Below are positions 32,194 through 32,694 of a stretch of DNA of 32,694 nt, in pieces (position 1 is the stretch's first letter; every line of letters begins with the position of its first letter). This DNA comes from Protoeuglena noctilucae (Eukaryota), in contig OY253685.1 of assembly GCA_958009085.1 (NCBI GenBank), positions 868,001 through 900,694 of the forward strand. Reading direction: 5' to 3'. The notes under the pieces were generated by a model. The model was not told where the DNA came from and ran no database searches. It saw only the letters and a list, made by a program, of their open reading frames with translations. Made by a program: the position numbers and the translations under genes.

Positions 32194-32464
32194 TCAGGTA
32201 GGCCGTCGGCGTAGCGCGAGCGGGAGGGGGGCGAGGGGTGCGGCGGAGCGGTCATGTGCATTGCGACTCTCTAGGCAGGAGGCGAGGTCGCAAAACCCCT
32301 GGCAGGCGCCAGGTGAAGGCACAGCCGCTCGGTCTCGTTGGCTCGGGACGAGCCGCGCCCCGGAGCCGAGGGGGGCTTGCGAGGCGCCGCGCGCGTGGCA
32401 GCGTGCGGTAAAATGACGATCTGTAGCATGGATGGGCCGGGCGGCCGGCGGAAGGGGGTCGCGT

Positions 32465-32694
32465 GGTTAGGGTTAGGTTAGGGTTAGGTCACCCCAGGTT
32501 TAGGGTTAGGTAGGTTTTTAGGTAGGGTTAGGGTTTAGGTTAGGTTAGGTTTAGTTAGGGTTAGGGTTAGGGTAGGGTTAGGGTTAGGGTTAGGGTTAGG
32601 GTTAGGGTTAGGGTTAGGGTTAGGGTTAGGGTTAGGGTTAGGGTTAGGGTTAGGGTTAGGGTTAGGGTTAGGGTTAGGGTTAGGGTTAGGGTTA
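32465..32694 (+). repeat. Telomeric repeat array (TTAGGG)n, chromosome end
   Basis: Variant units (TTAGG, TAGGG, TTTAGGG, TTTAGG) from 32467, then perfect TTAGGG from 32578 to the end of the window. The G-rich strand points outward. Confidence 0.98.

Noticed and set aside
32132..32200. AUGAUGA on the minus strand as a C/D snoRNA
   Set aside because: Explained by a CAT microsatellite within a tandem duplication; no downstream D box.

Overview
GC-rich eukaryotic chromosome end. It is most likely from a flagellated green alga (inference from the Kelch-type outer-arm dynein, an mTERF-like protein with a transit-peptide-like leader, and short spliceosomal introns). Positions 1-24660 are densely packed with intron-containing genes: 5' part of outer-arm dynein alpha heavy chain, exonuclease V, mTERF-like, MAPEG, PUS7/TruD, two convergent small secreted-protein genes, DUF2237, an amidohydrolase, RPS10 and a TPR protein. 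Positions ~24700-32460 are a subtelomeric zone with no intact protein gene that I can recognise. It holds a WD40-like relic, a decayed non-LTR retrotransposon, tRNA-Pro(CGG), a tRNA-derived element, duplicated blocks and a 22-bp minisatellite, and ends in a (TTAGGG)n telomere. Highlights: a candidate H/ACA snoRNA in the RPS10 intron, a pair of unknown secreted peptide precursors with matching exon structure, frequent GC-AG introns, and an amidohydrolase lacking its metal-bridging lysine. Exon models and family calls were made by eye from recalled motifs; no search was run.
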